Shown: piece after piece, positions 49,780-60,157 of the stretch | How the letters are laid out: every line of letters begins with the position of its first letter | Numbering within the stretch: the stretch's first letter is position 1 | NCBI GenBank assembly: GCA_033722155.1 | Contig: JAWVZN010000002.1 | Span: forward strand, 17,503-81,502 | DNA: 64,000 nt | Direction: 5' to 3' | Source of the DNA: Gemmatimonadota bacterium | GTDB taxonomy: Bacteria > Gemmatimonadota > Gemmatimonadetes > JACCXV01 > JAHWKZ01 | Program-made: the position numbers and the translations under genes | Notes under the pieces: model-generated | Database searches by the model: none | What the model was told of the DNA's origin: nothing | What the model saw: only the letters and a program-made list of their open reading frames with translations

Positions 49780-52028
49780 GCCCGGTCACCGCCCTGCGCG
49801 ACGAGCCGGTCACCCCGGATCTCGTCGAGGCCCACGGCCTGTTGCCGGCCGAGTACGAGCGCATCGTCGAGCTGCTCGGCCGCGAGCCGAACGTCACCGA
49901 GCTCGGCGTCTTCAGCCTGATGTGGAGCGAGCACTGCGGCTACAAGTACTCCCGCGCGCGGCTGGCCGAGCTCCCCACCGGGGGGCCGAACGTCCTCCAG
50001 GGCCCGGGCGAGAACGCCGGCGCGGTGGATGTCGGCGACGGCTGGGCGGTGGTGTTCAAGATGGAGAGCCACAACCACCCCTCCGCGGTGGAGCCCTACC
50101 AGGGAGCGGCGACCGGGGTCGGGGGGATCCTCCGCGACGTCTTCACCATGGGGGCGCGCCCGGTGGCCCTGCTCGACTCGCTCCGCTTCGGCGAGCCCGA
50201 CGACCCCCACGTCCGGTACCTCTTCCGCCACGTCGTGCGGGGCGTCGGCGACTACGGCAACTGCGTGGGGGTTCCGACCGTCGGGGGAGAGGTCGTGTTC
50301 GACGACGCCTACCGGGGCAACCCCCTGGTGAACGCGATGTGCGTGGGCACGATCCGCCACGAGGAGCTCACCCGGGCGAAGACGGGCGCGCCGGGCAGCG
50401 CGGTGTACGTCCTGGGGGCGGCCACCGGCCGCGACGGGATCCACGGGGCGAGCCTGCTCGCCAGCTCGGAGCTCTCCGACGACACCGAGGAGAGCCGCCC
50501 GACCGTCCAGGTGGGAGACCCCTTCACCGAGAAGCTGCTGCTCGAGGCGACCCTGGAGCTGATCTCCGCAGGGGTGGTGATCGGGGTCCAGGACATGGGC
50601 GCGGCGGGCCTCACCTCCTCGTCGAGCGAGATGGCGTCTCGCTCCGGCACCGGGATCGAGATCGACGTGGCCCGGGTCCCCCGCCGCGAGACCGGGATGA
50701 CGCCCTACGAGGTGCTGCTCTCGGAGTCCCAGGAGCGGATGCTGGTGGTCGCCGACGAGGAGGCGGAGGAAGAGCTGGTGCGGATCGCCGGGAAGTGGGA
50801 CCTCCCGTGCACGCGGGTGGGCTCGGTGACCGCCGACGGGACCTGGCGCATCCTCGAGGGCGAGGAGGAGGTGTGTTCGATCCCGGTGTCGGCCCTGGTG
50901 GACGAGGTCCCGACGTACGTCCGCGAGGTGGAGCGGCCCGGCTACGTGGACGAGCTCCACGCCTGGAGCCCCGAACCGGGATGGCTCGACGGCCGCGACC
51001 CTCTGGACGACCTCGAGGCGCTCCTGTCCACTCCCACGATCGCCTCGAAGCGGTGGGTGTGGGAGCAGTACGACCACATGGTCCGGACGAGCACGGTGAC
51101 GGGGCCGGGCGCGGACGCGGCCCTGCTGCGGATCCGAGGCACCCGCCGGGCGCTCGCCCTCGCCGTCGACGGCAACGGTCGGTGGGTGTGGTCCGACCCG
51201 TGGCGCGGCGGCGCGCTCGCGGTCGCCGAGGCGGCTCGCAACCTGAGCGCCGTCGGCGCCCGCCCGCTGGCGATCACCGACTGCCTCAACTTCGGCAACC
51301 CCGAGCGGGACGCGGTCTACTGGCAGTTCGTCGAGGCGATCCGCGGCGTCTCCGACGCCTGCCGGGCGCTCGGGACGCCGGTCGTGAGCGGCAACGTCTC
51401 CTTCTACAACGAGTCGCCCCGGGGGGCGATCCACCCTACCCCCACGGTGGGCATGGTGGGGGTGGTCGACGACGTGGAGGCGCGGATCCGCCCCGACGCG
51501 GCGCGCCCCGGCGACGCCCTCGTGGAGATCGGGGGTCGGGGCCGGCATCTGGGCTGCTCCTCGTTCCTGAAGGAGATCGTGGCAACGGTGGCCGGTCGAG
51601 CCCCCGTCGTGGACCTGGAGGCCGAGCGGGCTGTGGGCGAGGCGGTGCGCGAGCTGGCCGGGGCGCGCCTCGTCAGCGCCGTCCGCGACGTCTCGGACGG
51701 GGGGCTCGCCGTGGCCGCCGCGGAGCTGGCGTTCGCCTCGCCCCGGGGCGTGGGCCTGGAGATCGAGCTCGGCGACGGAGAAGTCCCCCACGAAGCCCTC
51801 TTCGGGGAGGACGCCGCCCGGCTGGTGGCGGCGATGGCGGAGGAAGCGGTCGAGCCCGCCCTCGCGGCGCTGGAGGCGGCCGGGGTGGAGGCCCGTGTCC
51901 GGGGCTGGATGACCGACGACGACGAGATCCGGGTGGCCGGGTTCGGGGGGCGGCCCCGACCCGGGCTCGAAGCGGCCTGGAGCGAGGCGATCCCGCGGCT
52001 CATGCACGGAATGGAGGAGCAGCGATGA
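49776..52028 (+). CDS. purL: Phosphoribosylformylglycinamidine synthase subunit PurL (FGAM synthase II)
   Basis: Part of ORF 49140..52028. (GTG)[10 protein letters not shown]…[13 protein letters not shown]…[25 protein letters not shown]…. GTG start overlaps the purQ TGA (GTGA). Confidence 0.9.
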   Translation: MSPVTALRDEPVTPDLVEAHGLLPAEYERIVELLGREPNVTELGVFSLMWSEHCGYKYSRARLAELPTGGPNVLQGPGENAGAVDVGDGWAVVFKMESHNHPSAVEPYQGAATGVGGILRDVFTMGARPVALLDSLRFGEPDDPHVRYLFRHVVRGVGDYGNCVGVPTVGGEVVFDDAYRGNPLVNAMCVGTIRHEELTRAKTGAPGSAVYVLGAATGRDGIHGASLLASSELSDDTEESRPTVQVGDPFTEKLLLEATLELISAGVVIGVQDMGAAGLTSSSSEMASRSGTGIEIDVARVPRRETGMTPYEVLLSESQERMLVVADEEAEEELVRIAGKWDLPCTRVGSVTADGTWRILEGEEEVCSIPVSALVDEVPTYVREVERPGYVDELHAWSPEPGWLDGRDPLDDLEALLSTPTIASKRWVWEQYDHMVRTSTVTGPGADAALLRIRGTRRALALAVDGNGRWVWSDPWRGGALAVAEAARNLSAVGARPLAITDCLNFGNPERDAVYWQFVEAIRGVSDACRALGTPVVSGNVSFYNESPRGAIHPTPTVGMVGVVDDVEARIRPDAARPGDALVEIGGRGRHLGCSSFLKEIVATVAGRAPVVDLEAERAVGEAVRELAGARLVSAVRDVSDGGLAVAAAELAFASPRGVGLEIELGDGEVPHEALFGEDAARLVAAMAEEAVEPALAALEAAGVEARVRGWMTDDDEIRVAGFGGRPRPGLEAAWSEAIPRLMHGMEEQR

Positions 52029-53437
52029 GCGGACCGCGAGAGGAGTGCGGCATCGTGGGGGTGATGGGCCACCCCCGGGCGGCGGAGTGGGCGTATCTCG
52101 GCCTGTACGCGCTGCAGCACCGGGGCCAGGAGTCGGCGGGGATCGTGGCCACCGACGGCAAGCGGGTGCGGGCGCACCGCGGCATGGGCCTCGTGAGCGA
52201 GGTCTTCGACGAGGAGGTTCTCGCGCCGCTCGGCGGCGACGCGGCGATCGGCCACAATCGGTACTCGACCACGGGCTCGCCCACGCTCGCCAACGCCCAG
52301 CCGATCCTTGTGAACTATCGGGACGGCTTCCTCGCCGTGGCTCACAACGGCAACCTCGTCAACGCCCGCACGCTGCGCCGACGCCTCGAGCGCTCCGGCT
52401 CCATCTTCCAGTCGACGATGGACACCGAGGTGCTGGTCCACCTGATCGCGGCCGAGCGGGACCCCTCGCGGGACCGCGCCGTTCTCAAGGCGCTCGAGGA
52501 GGTGCGCGGCGCCTACTCGGTGCTGCTTCTCACCCCCGGGTCCCTGTACGCCGCCCGCGATCCCCGGGGCTTTCGGCCGCTCGTCCTCGGCCGCCGCGAC
52601 GGCGCCGTGGTCGTGGCCAGCGAGAGCTGCGCCCTCGACCTGCTGGACGTCCAGCTCGAGCGGGAGCTCGCCCCGGGCGAGACGGTGCGGGTGGAGCGGG
52701 ACGGCCGGGTGGAGACCCTCCGGAGCTCCCCGGCCGACGCCGAGTGCATCTGCGTCTTCGAGCAGATCTACTTCGCGCGCCCCGACTCCGTCCTCTACGG
52801 GATGAGCGTCGACGAGGCCCGGCGCAGGCTGGGCCGGGAGCTCGCCGAGGAGCATCCGGCCACCGGCGCCGACTGCGTCTTCGCCGTCCCCGACTCGAGC
52901 AACTCGGCCGCGCTGGGCTTCTCCGAGGGGAGCGGTCTCCCCTTCGAGCTCGGCCTGATCCGCAACCATTACGTCGGCCGCACCTTCATCCAGCCCGGCC
53001 AGGAGGTGCGCGACTTCCGGGTCAAGGTGAAGTACAACCCGGTGGAGAGCGTGATCGACGGACGGAGCGTGGTGGTGGTCGACGACTCGATCGTCCGGGG
53101 CACCACCTCCAAGGCCCTCGTCGGCCTGGTCCGCGAGGCCGGAGCGCGCGAGGTCCACATGCGGATCGCCTCCCCGCCGCTGCGCCATCCGTGCTACTAC
53201 GGGATCGACATTCCGAGTCGGGAGGAGCTGATCGCGGCCGGGATGTCGGTGCCGGAGATCCGCGACTTCATCGGGGCGGATTCGCTGGGCTACCTCTCGT
53301 TCGACGGCCTCTACCGCGCCGTCGGCGGGGCCGAGCGCCACTGCGACGCGTGCATGAGCGGGAACTACCGCGTCCCGCTCGAGCGCGGCATCGAGGAGAA
53401 GACCGCCTTCGAGACGCCCGAGCTCACCCGCACCTGA
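52025..53437 (+). CDS. purF: Amidophosphoribosyltransferase
   Basis: Part of ORF 49922..53437. [13 protein letters not shown]… (N-terminal Cys nucleophile), PRT motif …[14 protein letters not shown]…, plus C-terminal Fe-S cysteines. ATG start overlaps the purL TGA (ATGA). Confidence 0.9.
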   Translation: MSGPREECGIVGVMGHPRAAEWAYLGLYALQHRGQESAGIVATDGKRVRAHRGMGLVSEVFDEEVLAPLGGDAAIGHNRYSTTGSPTLANAQPILVNYRDGFLAVAHNGNLVNARTLRRRLERSGSIFQSTMDTEVLVHLIAAERDPSRDRAVLKALEEVRGAYSVLLLTPGSLYAARDPRGFRPLVLGRRDGAVVVASESCALDLLDVQLERELAPGETVRVERDGRVETLRSSPADAECICVFEQIYFARPDSVLYGMSVDEARRRLGRELAEEHPATGADCVFAVPDSSNSAALGFSEGSGLPFELGLIRNHYVGRTFIQPGQEVRDFRVKVKYNPVESVIDGRSVVVVDDSIVRGTTSKALVGLVREAGAREVHMRIASPPLRHPCYYGIDIPSREELIAAGMSVPEIRDFIGADSLGYLSFDGLYRAVGGAERHCDACMSGNYRVPLERGIEEKTAFETPELTRT

Positions 53438-53458
53438 CCCCCAGGGAGGAGGAGCGCA

Positions 53459-53934
53459 TGCCGGTCCGCCACCGACGCTACGGCGGCACGCCCCAGACCG
53501 TCCTCGCCGACTGGATCGCAGAGCGAGCCGAGAAGTGGGCGGAGGAGTGGTACGAGGACATCCAGCGTGAGCCCACCACGGCCCGCTACCGCGAATACGA
53601 GGACCGCGACGAGCTGATCCGGGACACCACCGCGCTCTACCACTACCTCTCCCTCTGGCTCCGGACCGGGGAGTGGGACCCGCGGATCGATCCCCACTAT
53701 CGGCGGATCGGCCGCGATCGCCGCGAGGCCGGGTTCCCGCTGAGCGACGTGATCAGCGCCATCCTGGTGGCGAAGCGGCACCTGTGGAACGGGATCATCG
53801 CCGGTCGCCAGCTCTCGATCGCGCTGGAGCTCGAGGTGTCGAAGGCGATCAGCCTCTTCTACGACAAGGCGATCTACCACACGATCCTCGGCTACGAGGA
53901 GCGTCCGGACGCCGAAGGCGACGCGACGGGCTGA
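53459..53934 (+). CDS. Hypothetical protein, 158 aa (possibly an RsbR-N / globin-like sensor-type fold; weak)
   Basis: C-terminal part of ORF 52045..53934: MPVRHRRYGGTPQTVLADWIAERAEKWAEEWYEDIQ…VISAILVAKRHLWNGIIAGRQLSIALELEVSKAISLFYDKAIYHTILGYEE. The ATG at 53459 follows the SD GGGAGGAGGAG. Confidence 0.5.
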
Positions 53935-53952
53935 GCGAAATCCCGCCGGGGC

Positions 53953-54153
53953 TTACTGCTCCCCGCCTCCGTTCCCCTCTCCGGGCGTTTCCGGGGCCTC
54001 GATCTGCACGTCCGCCTCGATGTCGGCCTCCTCTCCGCCCCCGGCCCCGTGGAACGCGCCGCTCATGTACAGGACCGCGGCCAGGATCAGGATGACGATG
54101 ATGATGAGGATGGCGTAGATCCCGCCCTGTCCGTCGGCCTGCTGGTTCGCCAT
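53953..54153 (-). CDS. Small membrane protein, 66 aa (single TM helix, acidic Gly-rich tail)
   Basis: ORF: MANQQADGQGGIYAILIIIVILILAAVLYMSGAF…. It has high GC3, a GGAG SD 7 nt upstream of the ATG, and a TAA stop. Confidence 0.4.
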   Translation of the reverse strand: MANQQADGQGGIYAILIIIVILILAAVLYMSGAFHGAGGGEEADIEADVQIEAPETPGEGNGGGEQ

Positions 54154-54266
54154 CGGGAGCTCCTTGCTCGGGATGCGTCGGCTTCGCGCCCGGGACGGCG
54201 GGGCCGCCGCGGTCGGCGCGCGCTTCCTTCACGTTTCGCGGTTGTTACAAGCCGCGCTTCGCGAAG

Positions 54267-55634
54267 TCAAGCCGGAAGGGGCCGCAGGGTCGCGGTGAAG
54301 TGGCGCAGCACCGGAGCGGTGTCGACGATCTCCATACCGCCGATCTCCTCGCGCCGCTCGAGCACCCGCCGGCACGCCGCCACGACGTACCGCAGGTGGG
54401 CGTCGGTGTAGACCCTTCGGGGCAGCGCCAGGCGCACCAGCTCCAGGCGCGGGTGGCGCACCTCCCCCGTCTCGGAGTCGGGCGCGGCGAACATGAGGCT
54501 GCCGATCTCCACCCCCCGCACGCCTCCCTCCAGGTACAGCTCGCAGGCGAGCGCCTGCGCCGGGAACTCTTCCGGGGGCACGTGCGGGAGGAACCCGGCC
54601 GCGTCGAGGTAGATCGCGTGGCCGCCGGGGGGCTCGAGGATCGGCACGCCGGCGTCGCGCAACCCCTCCGCGAGTGACGCGACCTGCCCGACCCGGTACC
54701 GGAGGTACGCCGGCTCGAGCACCTCCTCCAACCCGCGGGCGATCGCCTCGAGGTCGCGCCCGGCCAGTCCGCCGTAGGTCGGGAAGCCCTCCACCAGGAC
54801 GAGCAGCCGGGTCACCCGCTCGGCCCACTCGTCGTCGTTCAGGGCGAGGAAGCCGCCGATGTTGACCAGGCCGTCCTTCTTGGCGCTCATCGTGCAGCCG
54901 TCGCCCAGGCCGAACATCTCCCGCGCGATCTCCCCCAGGTCGCGGCCTTCTTGCCCTTGCTCGCGCTCCCGCACGAACCACGCGTTCTCGGCGAACCGGC
55001 AGGCGTCGAAGAGGAGCGGGATGCCGTACCCCTCCAGCAGCCCGGCGACCGCCCGGGCGTTGGCGAGCGAGACGGGCTGGCCGCCCCCGGAGTTGTTGGT
55101 GATCGTGAGCATGCAGAAGGGAACGTTGTCGGGCCCCGCCTCCTCGATCGTCTCCCGCAGCCGGTCGAGGTCCATGTTCCCCTTGAAGGGATGGGGGTCG
55201 GCGGGGTCGTACGCCCGCTCGATCACACAGTCGACCGCGCGCCCCCCGTTGTTCTCGATGTTCGCCCGGGTGGTGTCGAAGTGGCTGTTGTTCGGGATCG
55301 TGTCGCCGGGCCCCACCACGCGCGAGAAGAGCAGGTTCTCGGCCACCCGTCCCTGGTGGGTCGGGATCACGTGCTCGTAGCCGAAGATCCCGCGGACGGC
55401 CTCCTCGAAGCGGTAGTAGTTGCGGCTGCCCGCGTACGACTCGTCGCCCAGCATGAGACCCGCCCACTGGACGTCGGACATCGCCGAGGTTCCGCTGTCG
55501 GTGAGCAGGTCGATCGTGACCGCGTCGCTCGGGAGGTTGAACAGGTTGTAGCCCGCCTTCTCGAGCGCGTCCCGGCGCTCGCGGCGCGTCGTCAACGGAA
55601 TCGCCTCCACCGCCTTGATCCGGAACGGCTCCAT
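54267..55634 (-). CDS. Beta-eliminating lyase (tryptophanase / tyrosine phenol-lyase family, PLP-dependent), 455 aa
   Basis: Trimmed from ORF 54267..56027 to MEPFRIKAVEAIPLTTRRERRDALEKAGYNLFNL…CTMSAKKDGLVNIGGFLA… (PLP lysine). Confidence 0.85.
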   Translation of the reverse strand: MEPFRIKAVEAIPLTTRRERRDALEKAGYNLFNLPSDAVTIDLLTDSGTSAMSDVQWAGLMLGDESYAGSRNYYRFEEAVRGIFGYEHVIPTHQGRVAENLLFSRVVGPGDTIPNNSHFDTTRANIENNGGRAVDCVIERAYDPADPHPFKGNMDLDRLRETIEEAGPDNVPFCMLTITNNSGGGQPVSLANARAVAGLLEGYGIPLLFDACRFAENAWFVREREQGQEGRDLGEIAREMFGLGDGCTMSAKKDGLVNIGGFLALNDDEWAERVTRLLVLVEGFPTYGGLAGRDLEAIARGLEEVLEPAYLRYRVGQVASLAEGLRDAGVPILEPPGGHAIYLDAAGFLPHVPPEEFPAQALACELYLEGGVRGVEIGSLMFAAPDSETGEVRHPRLELVRLALPRRVYTDAHLRYVVAACRRVLERREEIGGMEIVDTAPVLRHFTATLRPLPA

Positions 55635-55654
55635 CCCGAAGTCGGCAGGCTCGG

Positions 55655-56047
55655 TCACGTCTCTCCCCCTCGCGAACGGGCGATCCGGACCGCCGCGACG
55701 AGCTCGCGCACCCCCGGCATGGGGTACTGGTAGCCCACCACCCGATACGCCCAGTTCGGCTCGTCGGTGAGGATCTGGGCTCCCAGGAACGTCCGGTGGA
55801 CCTCCAGCACCCGCTCCCACGGGATCCGGCGGTAGCGCCACAGGTACTTCACCCCGAGACCGTTTCGCCCCACCCGGATCGCCGGAGCCACGTAGGCGCC
55901 GAGCCCCAGGCTGAAGAACGACCACAGCAGGATGAACCAGCGGTGCACGAAGAGGTCGATCCAGAAGAGGTAGAGGAAGAAGACGGCGCTGACGAAGAAC
56001 CACGCCTTCAGCAGCCAGCGGACCCACGGGAAGGAGAACTCGATCAC
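55655..56047 (-). CDS. Bacterial PH-domain membrane protein, ~130 aa
   Basis: C-terminal tail of the otherwise-antisense ORF 55655..57967: (GTG)[51 protein letters not shown]… (2 TM) plus …YRRIPWERVLEVHRTFLGAQILTDE…. The GTG start overlaps the rnr TGA (GTGA). Confidence 0.6.
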   Translation of the reverse strand: MIEFSFPWVRWLLKAWFFVSAVFFLYLFWIDLFVHRWFILLWSFFSLGLGAYVAPAIRVGRNGLGVKYLWRYRRIPWERVLEVHRTFLGAQILTDEPNWAYRVVGYQYPMPGVRELVAAVRIARSRGGET

Positions 56048-58185
56048 CCCTCGCCCTTCTTCTCCACCAGCTCGAAGTCGATCTGCCGCAGGTCCTTGTT
56101 CACCCCCGCGACCCGCACCCGTACCGGATCGGCGAGGCGGAAGCGGCGCCCGGTGTTGCGTCCCAGGAGCGCGTACTTCTCCTCGTGGTACTCGTAGTAG
56201 TCGTCGTCGAGCTCGTGCATGTGGACGAGGCCCTCCACGAAGTACTGGTCCAGCCGGACGAAGAGGCCGAACGAGGTCACCCCGCTGACCACCCCGTCGA
56301 ACTCGTCGCCGACGTGGCGCTCCATGAACTGCACCTTCTTGAGGTCCACGGAGTCCCGCTCGGCCTCCACCGCCGCGCGCTCCTGCACCGAGGCGTGCTC
56401 GGTGGCGCGCTCGAGTCGGCTCTCCTCGCCCCCCCGCCGCTCGTCGTCCTTCCACCGCTCGCCCGACTCGATCCGCTTCAGCAGGCGGTGGACCAGGAGG
56501 TCCGGGTAGCGACGGATGGGCGAGGTGAAGTGGGTGTAGTGGTCGGCGGCCAGGCCGAAGTGGCCGATGTTCTCCACCTGGTAGCGGGCCTGCTTCATCG
56601 ATCGGAGGATCACCGTGTTGATCAGCTCCTCCTCGGGCTTGCCGCGCGCCTGCTCGATGACCGCCCCGAACGCCTTCGGGTCGAGCCCGCCGTCCGACTT
56701 CGGCAGCCGGTAGCCGAGCGCCGCCAGGAAGTCGCGGATCTGGTCGAGCTTTTCCGGGGCCGGCCGATCGTGAACCCGGTAGACGAAGGGAACCTGGAGG
56801 CGCGTGGCGTGGCGCGCCACGGTCTCGTTGGCCAGGAGCATGAACTCCTCGATCAGCCGCATCGAATCGAGCCGCACCGACTCCTGGATGTCGATCGGGA
56901 AGCCCTCCGCGTCCAGCTCGACGATCGCTTCGGGCAGGTCGAAGTCGAGACTCCCCCGCTTCACGCGCCGGCCGCGGAGCACCTTGGCGAGGCGGCGCAG
57001 CGTCTGGAGCTCCCACAACAGCTCCTCGTGCTCCGTCCTGGCGGGATCGCTCCGGATCAGCGACTGGGCCTCGTGGTAGGTGAGCCGGTGGCGGCTCCGG
57101 ATCACGGTCTCCGCGAACCGGTGCTTCCGCACCGCCCCTTCGCCGTCCAGGGTGAGGACGATCGAGTACGCCAGCCGGTCCTCGTTCGGGCGCAGCGAGC
57201 ACAGCTCGTTGGAGAGGCGCTCGGGCAGCATCGGGATGACGCGATCCACCAGATACGTGGAGGTGGCCCGCTCGTACGCCTCCTCGTCGATCACGTCGTG
57301 GGGCTCGACGTAGTGGCTGACGTCGGCGATGTGGACGCCGACCTCGAAGAGATCGTCCCCCTTGCGCTCGATCGAGAGGGCGTCGTCGAAGTCCTTCGCG
57401 TCGGTGGGGTCGATGGTGAACGTCGACCGGTCGCGCCAATCCTCGCGCCGCTCGAGCTCGCGGTCGAAGTCGGGCTCGATCGCCCCCGCGGCCCGGATCA
57501 CCTCCTCGGGGAACTCCTCGTCGAGACCGTGGGTCTTGACGATGGAGAGGATGTCCACCCCCGGGGCGTCGGGCGGCCCCAGCACCTCCACCACGCGCCC
57601 CTCGGGATTCTTGGTCCCGTCCCCCCAGTCGTCGATGGCGACGACGACCTTCTCCCCCTCCTCCGCCTGGGCGAGGTCTTCCTCGGCGACGTAGACGTCG
57701 AATCCGAGACGGGGATTGTCGGGAACCACGAAGCCGAACCGCTTGCCCCGCTGCAGCGCCCCGACCACCTCCTCGCGGGCCCGCTCGAGCACCCGGATCA
57801 CGCGCCCCTCGGGGTTGTCCTTGCCGCGATGGCGCTCGATCCGCGCCACCACCCGGTCCCGGTGGGTCGCGCTCCCCACCTTGTCCGGAGGCACGAAGAC
57901 GTCCGGCTTCTCCGTCTTCTTCTCGCGGACGACGAAGCCCGCGCCCTTGCGGGTCATGTCGAGCCACCCGACCACGAGGTTGATCTGCTCGGGGACTGCG
58001 TAGCGCTGCCCCTTGATCTTGTAGATCCGGCCGTCGTCCACGAGGCGGCCGAGGGATCCCTTCAGCTCCTCGTACCGCTCGTTCGGCAGGCCGAGGCCCC
58101 GGGCGATCTCCTTCCGCTTGAGCGGGCGCCGCGCCTCGTCCTCCAGATAGGCGACGATACGATCGTCGAGTTTCCGGTCGCTCAA
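56044..58185 (-). CDS. rnr: Ribonuclease R
   Basis: ORF 56044..58314 trimmed to TTG at 58183-58185: (M)[26 protein letters not shown]…. It has an RNB domain and a C-terminal S1 domain (…[15 protein letters not shown]…). The TTG overlaps the upstream TGA (TTGA). Confidence 0.9.
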   Translation of the reverse strand: MSDRKLDDRIVAYLEDEARRPLKRKEIARGLGLPNERYEELKGSLGRLVDDGRIYKIKGQRYAVPEQINLVVGWLDMTRKGAGFVVREKKTEKPDVFVPPDKVGSATHRDRVVARIERHRGKDNPEGRVIRVLERAREEVVGALQRGKRFGFVVPDNPRLGFDVYVAEEDLAQAEEGEKVVVAIDDWGDGTKNPEGRVVEVLGPPDAPGVDILSIVKTHGLDEEFPEEVIRAAGAIEPDFDRELERREDWRDRSTFTIDPTDAKDFDDALSIERKGDDLFEVGVHIADVSHYVEPHDVIDEEAYERATSTYLVDRVIPMLPERLSNELCSLRPNEDRLAYSIVLTLDGEGAVRKHRFAETVIRSRHRLTYHEAQSLIRSDPARTEHEELLWELQTLRRLAKVLRGRRVKRGSLDFDLPEAIVELDAEGFPIDIQESVRLDSMRLIEEFMLLANETVARHATRLQVPFVYRVHDRPAPEKLDQIRDFLAALGYRLPKSDGGLDPKAFGAVIEQARGKPEEELINTVILRSMKQARYQVENIGHFGLAADHYTHFTSPIRRYPDLLVHRLLKRIESGERWKDDERRGGEESRLERATEHASVQERAAVEAERDSVDLKKVQFMERHVGDEFDGVVSGVTSFGLFVRLDQYFVEGLVHMHELDDDYYEYHEEKYALLGRNTGRRFRLADPVRVRVAGVNKDLRQIDFELVEKKGEG

Positions 58186-58349
58186 AACGACTCCGCCTCG
58201 TCGATCAGCATGATCGGGATGTCGTCCTCGATCGGATAGCGGAGGCGGCAGGCCGGACACTCCAGCACCTGCTCCTCCTCCTTGTAGTCGAGCTCCCCCT
58301 TGCACTTGGGGCAAGCGAGGATCTCGAGCAGCTCCTCGTCGAGCGCCAT
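58182..58349 (-). CDS. Trm112-like (UPF0434) small zinc-ribbon protein, 55 aa
   Basis: Translated by hand from the minus strand (not in the ORF track): [55 protein letters not shown]. Confidence 0.55.
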   Translation of the reverse strand: MALDEELLEILACPKCKGELDYKEEEQVLECPACRLRYPIEDDIPIMLIDEAESF

Positions 58350-58374
58350 GGAACGGCTCCTTTCGTTCGTTCGA

Positions 58375-59283
58375 TTATCGTCGATAGCCGAAGAAGCGGA
58401 GGTCCGACTCGCGCCGAGACCACTTCTTCCGGACCTTCACCCAGAGGGAAAGGTACACGGGCTCCCCGACCAGCGCCTCGATGGCCCGCCGCGCCCGGGC
58501 CCCGATCGCCTTGAGCTTGCTCCCCCCCTTGCCGATCACGATCCCCTTCTGGCTTTCCCGCTCCACGTAGACCGTGGCCCGGATCGCCAGCTTCTCGTCG
58601 GCTCCGGCCGGCTCCCTCCACTCCTCGACCACCACGTGGATGGAGTACGGCAACTCGGCCCCCAGCTCCTCGTAGCACGCCTCCCGGATCCGTTCGGCGG
58701 CGAGGAAACGGAGGCTGCGGTCGGTGAGGTGCTCGGGCGGGTAGAAGAAAGGCTGGCGCGGCAGCCGCTCGCGAGTCGCCTCCACCAGATCCTCCACCCC
58801 CTCCCCGGTCACCGCGCTGACCCGGAAGATCCCGTCCCAATCCGCCACTGCGCCCCACCGCCGTTCGCGGGCGTCCTGCTTCTCGTCGGGCACCTGGTCC
58901 GCCTTCGTCAGCAGCAGGAGGAGCGCGGCCTCGTCCTCCCGGTCGAGCCTCTCGAGAAGCTCCCGCTCCCGCTCCGCCGGCTCGTCGTGGTCCACCAGCC
59001 AGTAGATCGCGTCCACCCCCTCGAGGGATCCCAGGGCCGCGTCGACCATCGCCTCCTGGAGGGGGTCGCGGGGGTCGAGGAGGCCCGGGGTGTCGAGGAA
59101 CACGATCTGCAGGTCCTCCCGGGTGAGGAAGCCCGGGATCCTGTGGCGGGTGGTCTGCTCCTTGGCGGTGACCGCCGCCAGCCGCTCGCCGACGAGCGCG
59201 TTGAGCAGGGTGGACTTGCCCGCGTTCGGGCGCCCGAGGATCGCCACGAACCCCGACCGGGTCTTCGGCTCCACGTCGGCCAT
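58375..59283 (-). CDS. era: GTPase Era
   Basis: Trimmed from ORF 58375..59466 to [32 protein letters not shown]…DTPG…, with a C-terminal KH domain. Confidence 0.9.
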   Translation of the reverse strand: MADVEPKTRSGFVAILGRPNAGKSTLLNALVGERLAAVTAKEQTTRHRIPGFLTREDLQIVFLDTPGLLDPRDPLQEAMVDAALGSLEGVDAIYWLVDHDEPAERERELLERLDREDEAALLLLLTKADQVPDEKQDARERRWGAVADWDGIFRVSAVTGEGVEDLVEATRERLPRQPFFYPPEHLTDRSLRFLAAERIREACYEELGAELPYSIHVVVEEWREPAGADEKLAIRATVYVERESQKGIVIGKGGSKLKAIGARARRAIEALVGEPVYLSLWVKVRKKWSRRESDLRFFGYRR

Positions 59284-59318
59284 CGCGCCGTCAACGTACC
59301 TTCGAGCCGGCGGCTCCG

Positions 59319-59774
59319 TCACTCCGGGATCAAGCCCTTTTCCGCCAGCTCCTCGAGCGCCACGGACGACTTCTCCAAATGCTCCAATCCCATCCCCCGG
59401 AGCACGAACTCCGCCTTGGAGAACTGGACCGCGCCGTACTCCACCACCTGGATCCGGTTTCCCCACGGGTCGCGGAGATCGAGGCTCCCCTCGCTCGCCA
59501 GGATCTCGGCGCCCGTGTCCCTGGCGGCCCGCTCCACCGGCCCCAGCTCGTCCACGACGAGGCCGAAGTGCCGCCCCTGGTCCGGCGGCCCGCCCGGTCG
59601 CTCGGCGAGGGCGACGAACTGGTCGCCCAGGTCGAGGAACGCGTGTCCGGGCGACCGGCCCCTCAGCTCGTAGTCGAAGAGCTTTCCGTAGAAGGCGAGG
59701 GCCTCCTCGACGTCGTCCACCTCGAGTGCCACGTGGTTGATGCCGACCGCGCGGGCGCGGGTGTTTTCGCTCAT
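59319..59774 (-). CDS. VOC-family protein (glyoxalase / bleomycin-resistance / dioxygenase fold)
   Basis: 151-aa ORF: …GINHVALEVDDVEEALAFYGKLF…. Confidence 0.75.
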   Translation of the reverse strand: MSENTRARAVGINHVALEVDDVEEALAFYGKLFDYELRGRSPGHAFLDLGDQFVALAERPGGPPDQGRHFGLVVDELGPVERAARDTGAEILASEGSLDLRDPWGNRIQVVEYGAVQFSKAEFVLRGMGLEHLEKSSVALEELAEKGLIPE

Positions 59775-59932
59775 GGTGCGAGAGACGCTAGGAGGGGCGG
59801 GGGCGGGGCGCCGTAAGACGTCTTCGGGCGCGCTTTCGATCTCGAGGTCTCCACCCAGGGTCCGGATGGACCACCGGCGGGTCGACCCCCTCGAACGTGT
59901 TCGTCACGCCGGAACCGCCCGGCGAGGACGGA

Positions 59933-60008
59933 TGGTGGGCCGCCCAGGAATCGAACCTGGAACCTACGGATTAAGAGTCCGTTGCTCTGCCAGTTGAGCT
60001 AGCGGCCC
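59933..60008 (-). tRNA. tRNA-Lys (anticodon CTT), CCA encoded
   Basis: Minus-strand sequence GGGCCGCTAGCTCAACTGGCAGAGCAACGGACTCTTAATCCGTAGGTTCCAGGTTCGATTCCTGGGCGGCCCACCA. It folds as a cloverleaf with a 7-nt anticodon loop CT-CTT-AA and a T-loop TTCGATT. Confidence 0.85.
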
Positions 60009-60014
60009 GGAACT

Positions 60015-60090
60015 TGGGGTGGGCGAGGGGATTCGAACCCCCGACTCCCAGGACCACAACCTGGTGCTCTACCGCTGAGCTACGCCCACC
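60015..60090 (-). tRNA. tRNA-His (anticodon GTG), G-1 and CCA encoded
   Basis: Minus-strand sequence GGTGGGCGTAGCTCAGCGGTAGAGCACCAGGTTGTGGTCCTGGGAGTCGGGGGTTCGAATCCCCTCGCCCACCCCA. The anticodon loop is TT-GTG-GT, and an extra 5' G(-1) is paired with the discriminator C. Confidence 0.85.
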
Positions 60091-60104
60091 GTGCGGAGGG
60101 ACGA

Positions 60105-60133
60105 AATGTACCATCGTGCCGCCCCTCCATCAA
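60105..60133 (-). promoter_or_regulatory. Putative sigma70-type promoter for the tRNA-His/tRNA-Lys transcript (TTGATG-17-TACATT)
   Basis: The minus strand reads ccaTTGATGgaggggcggcacgatggTACATTtcgtccctccgcac directly upstream of tRNA-His, in the divergent intergenic region before the cyclase gene. Confidence 0.35.
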
Positions 60134-60157
60134 TGGAGCCGAGGGCCGGCCGGCTCT

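Noticed and set aside
55655-57967. 770-aa minus ORF
   Set aside because: All but the last ~130 aa is an alternate frame of rnr; only the C-terminal PH-domain membrane protein is real.
60014-60157. N-terminal 48 codons of the CHASE2 cyclase ORF as listed (TTG start at 60014)
   Set aside because: This stretch overlaps tRNA-His (60015..60090) and its putative promoter. The cyclase start was moved to ATG 60158 or 60170, just before the first TM helix.
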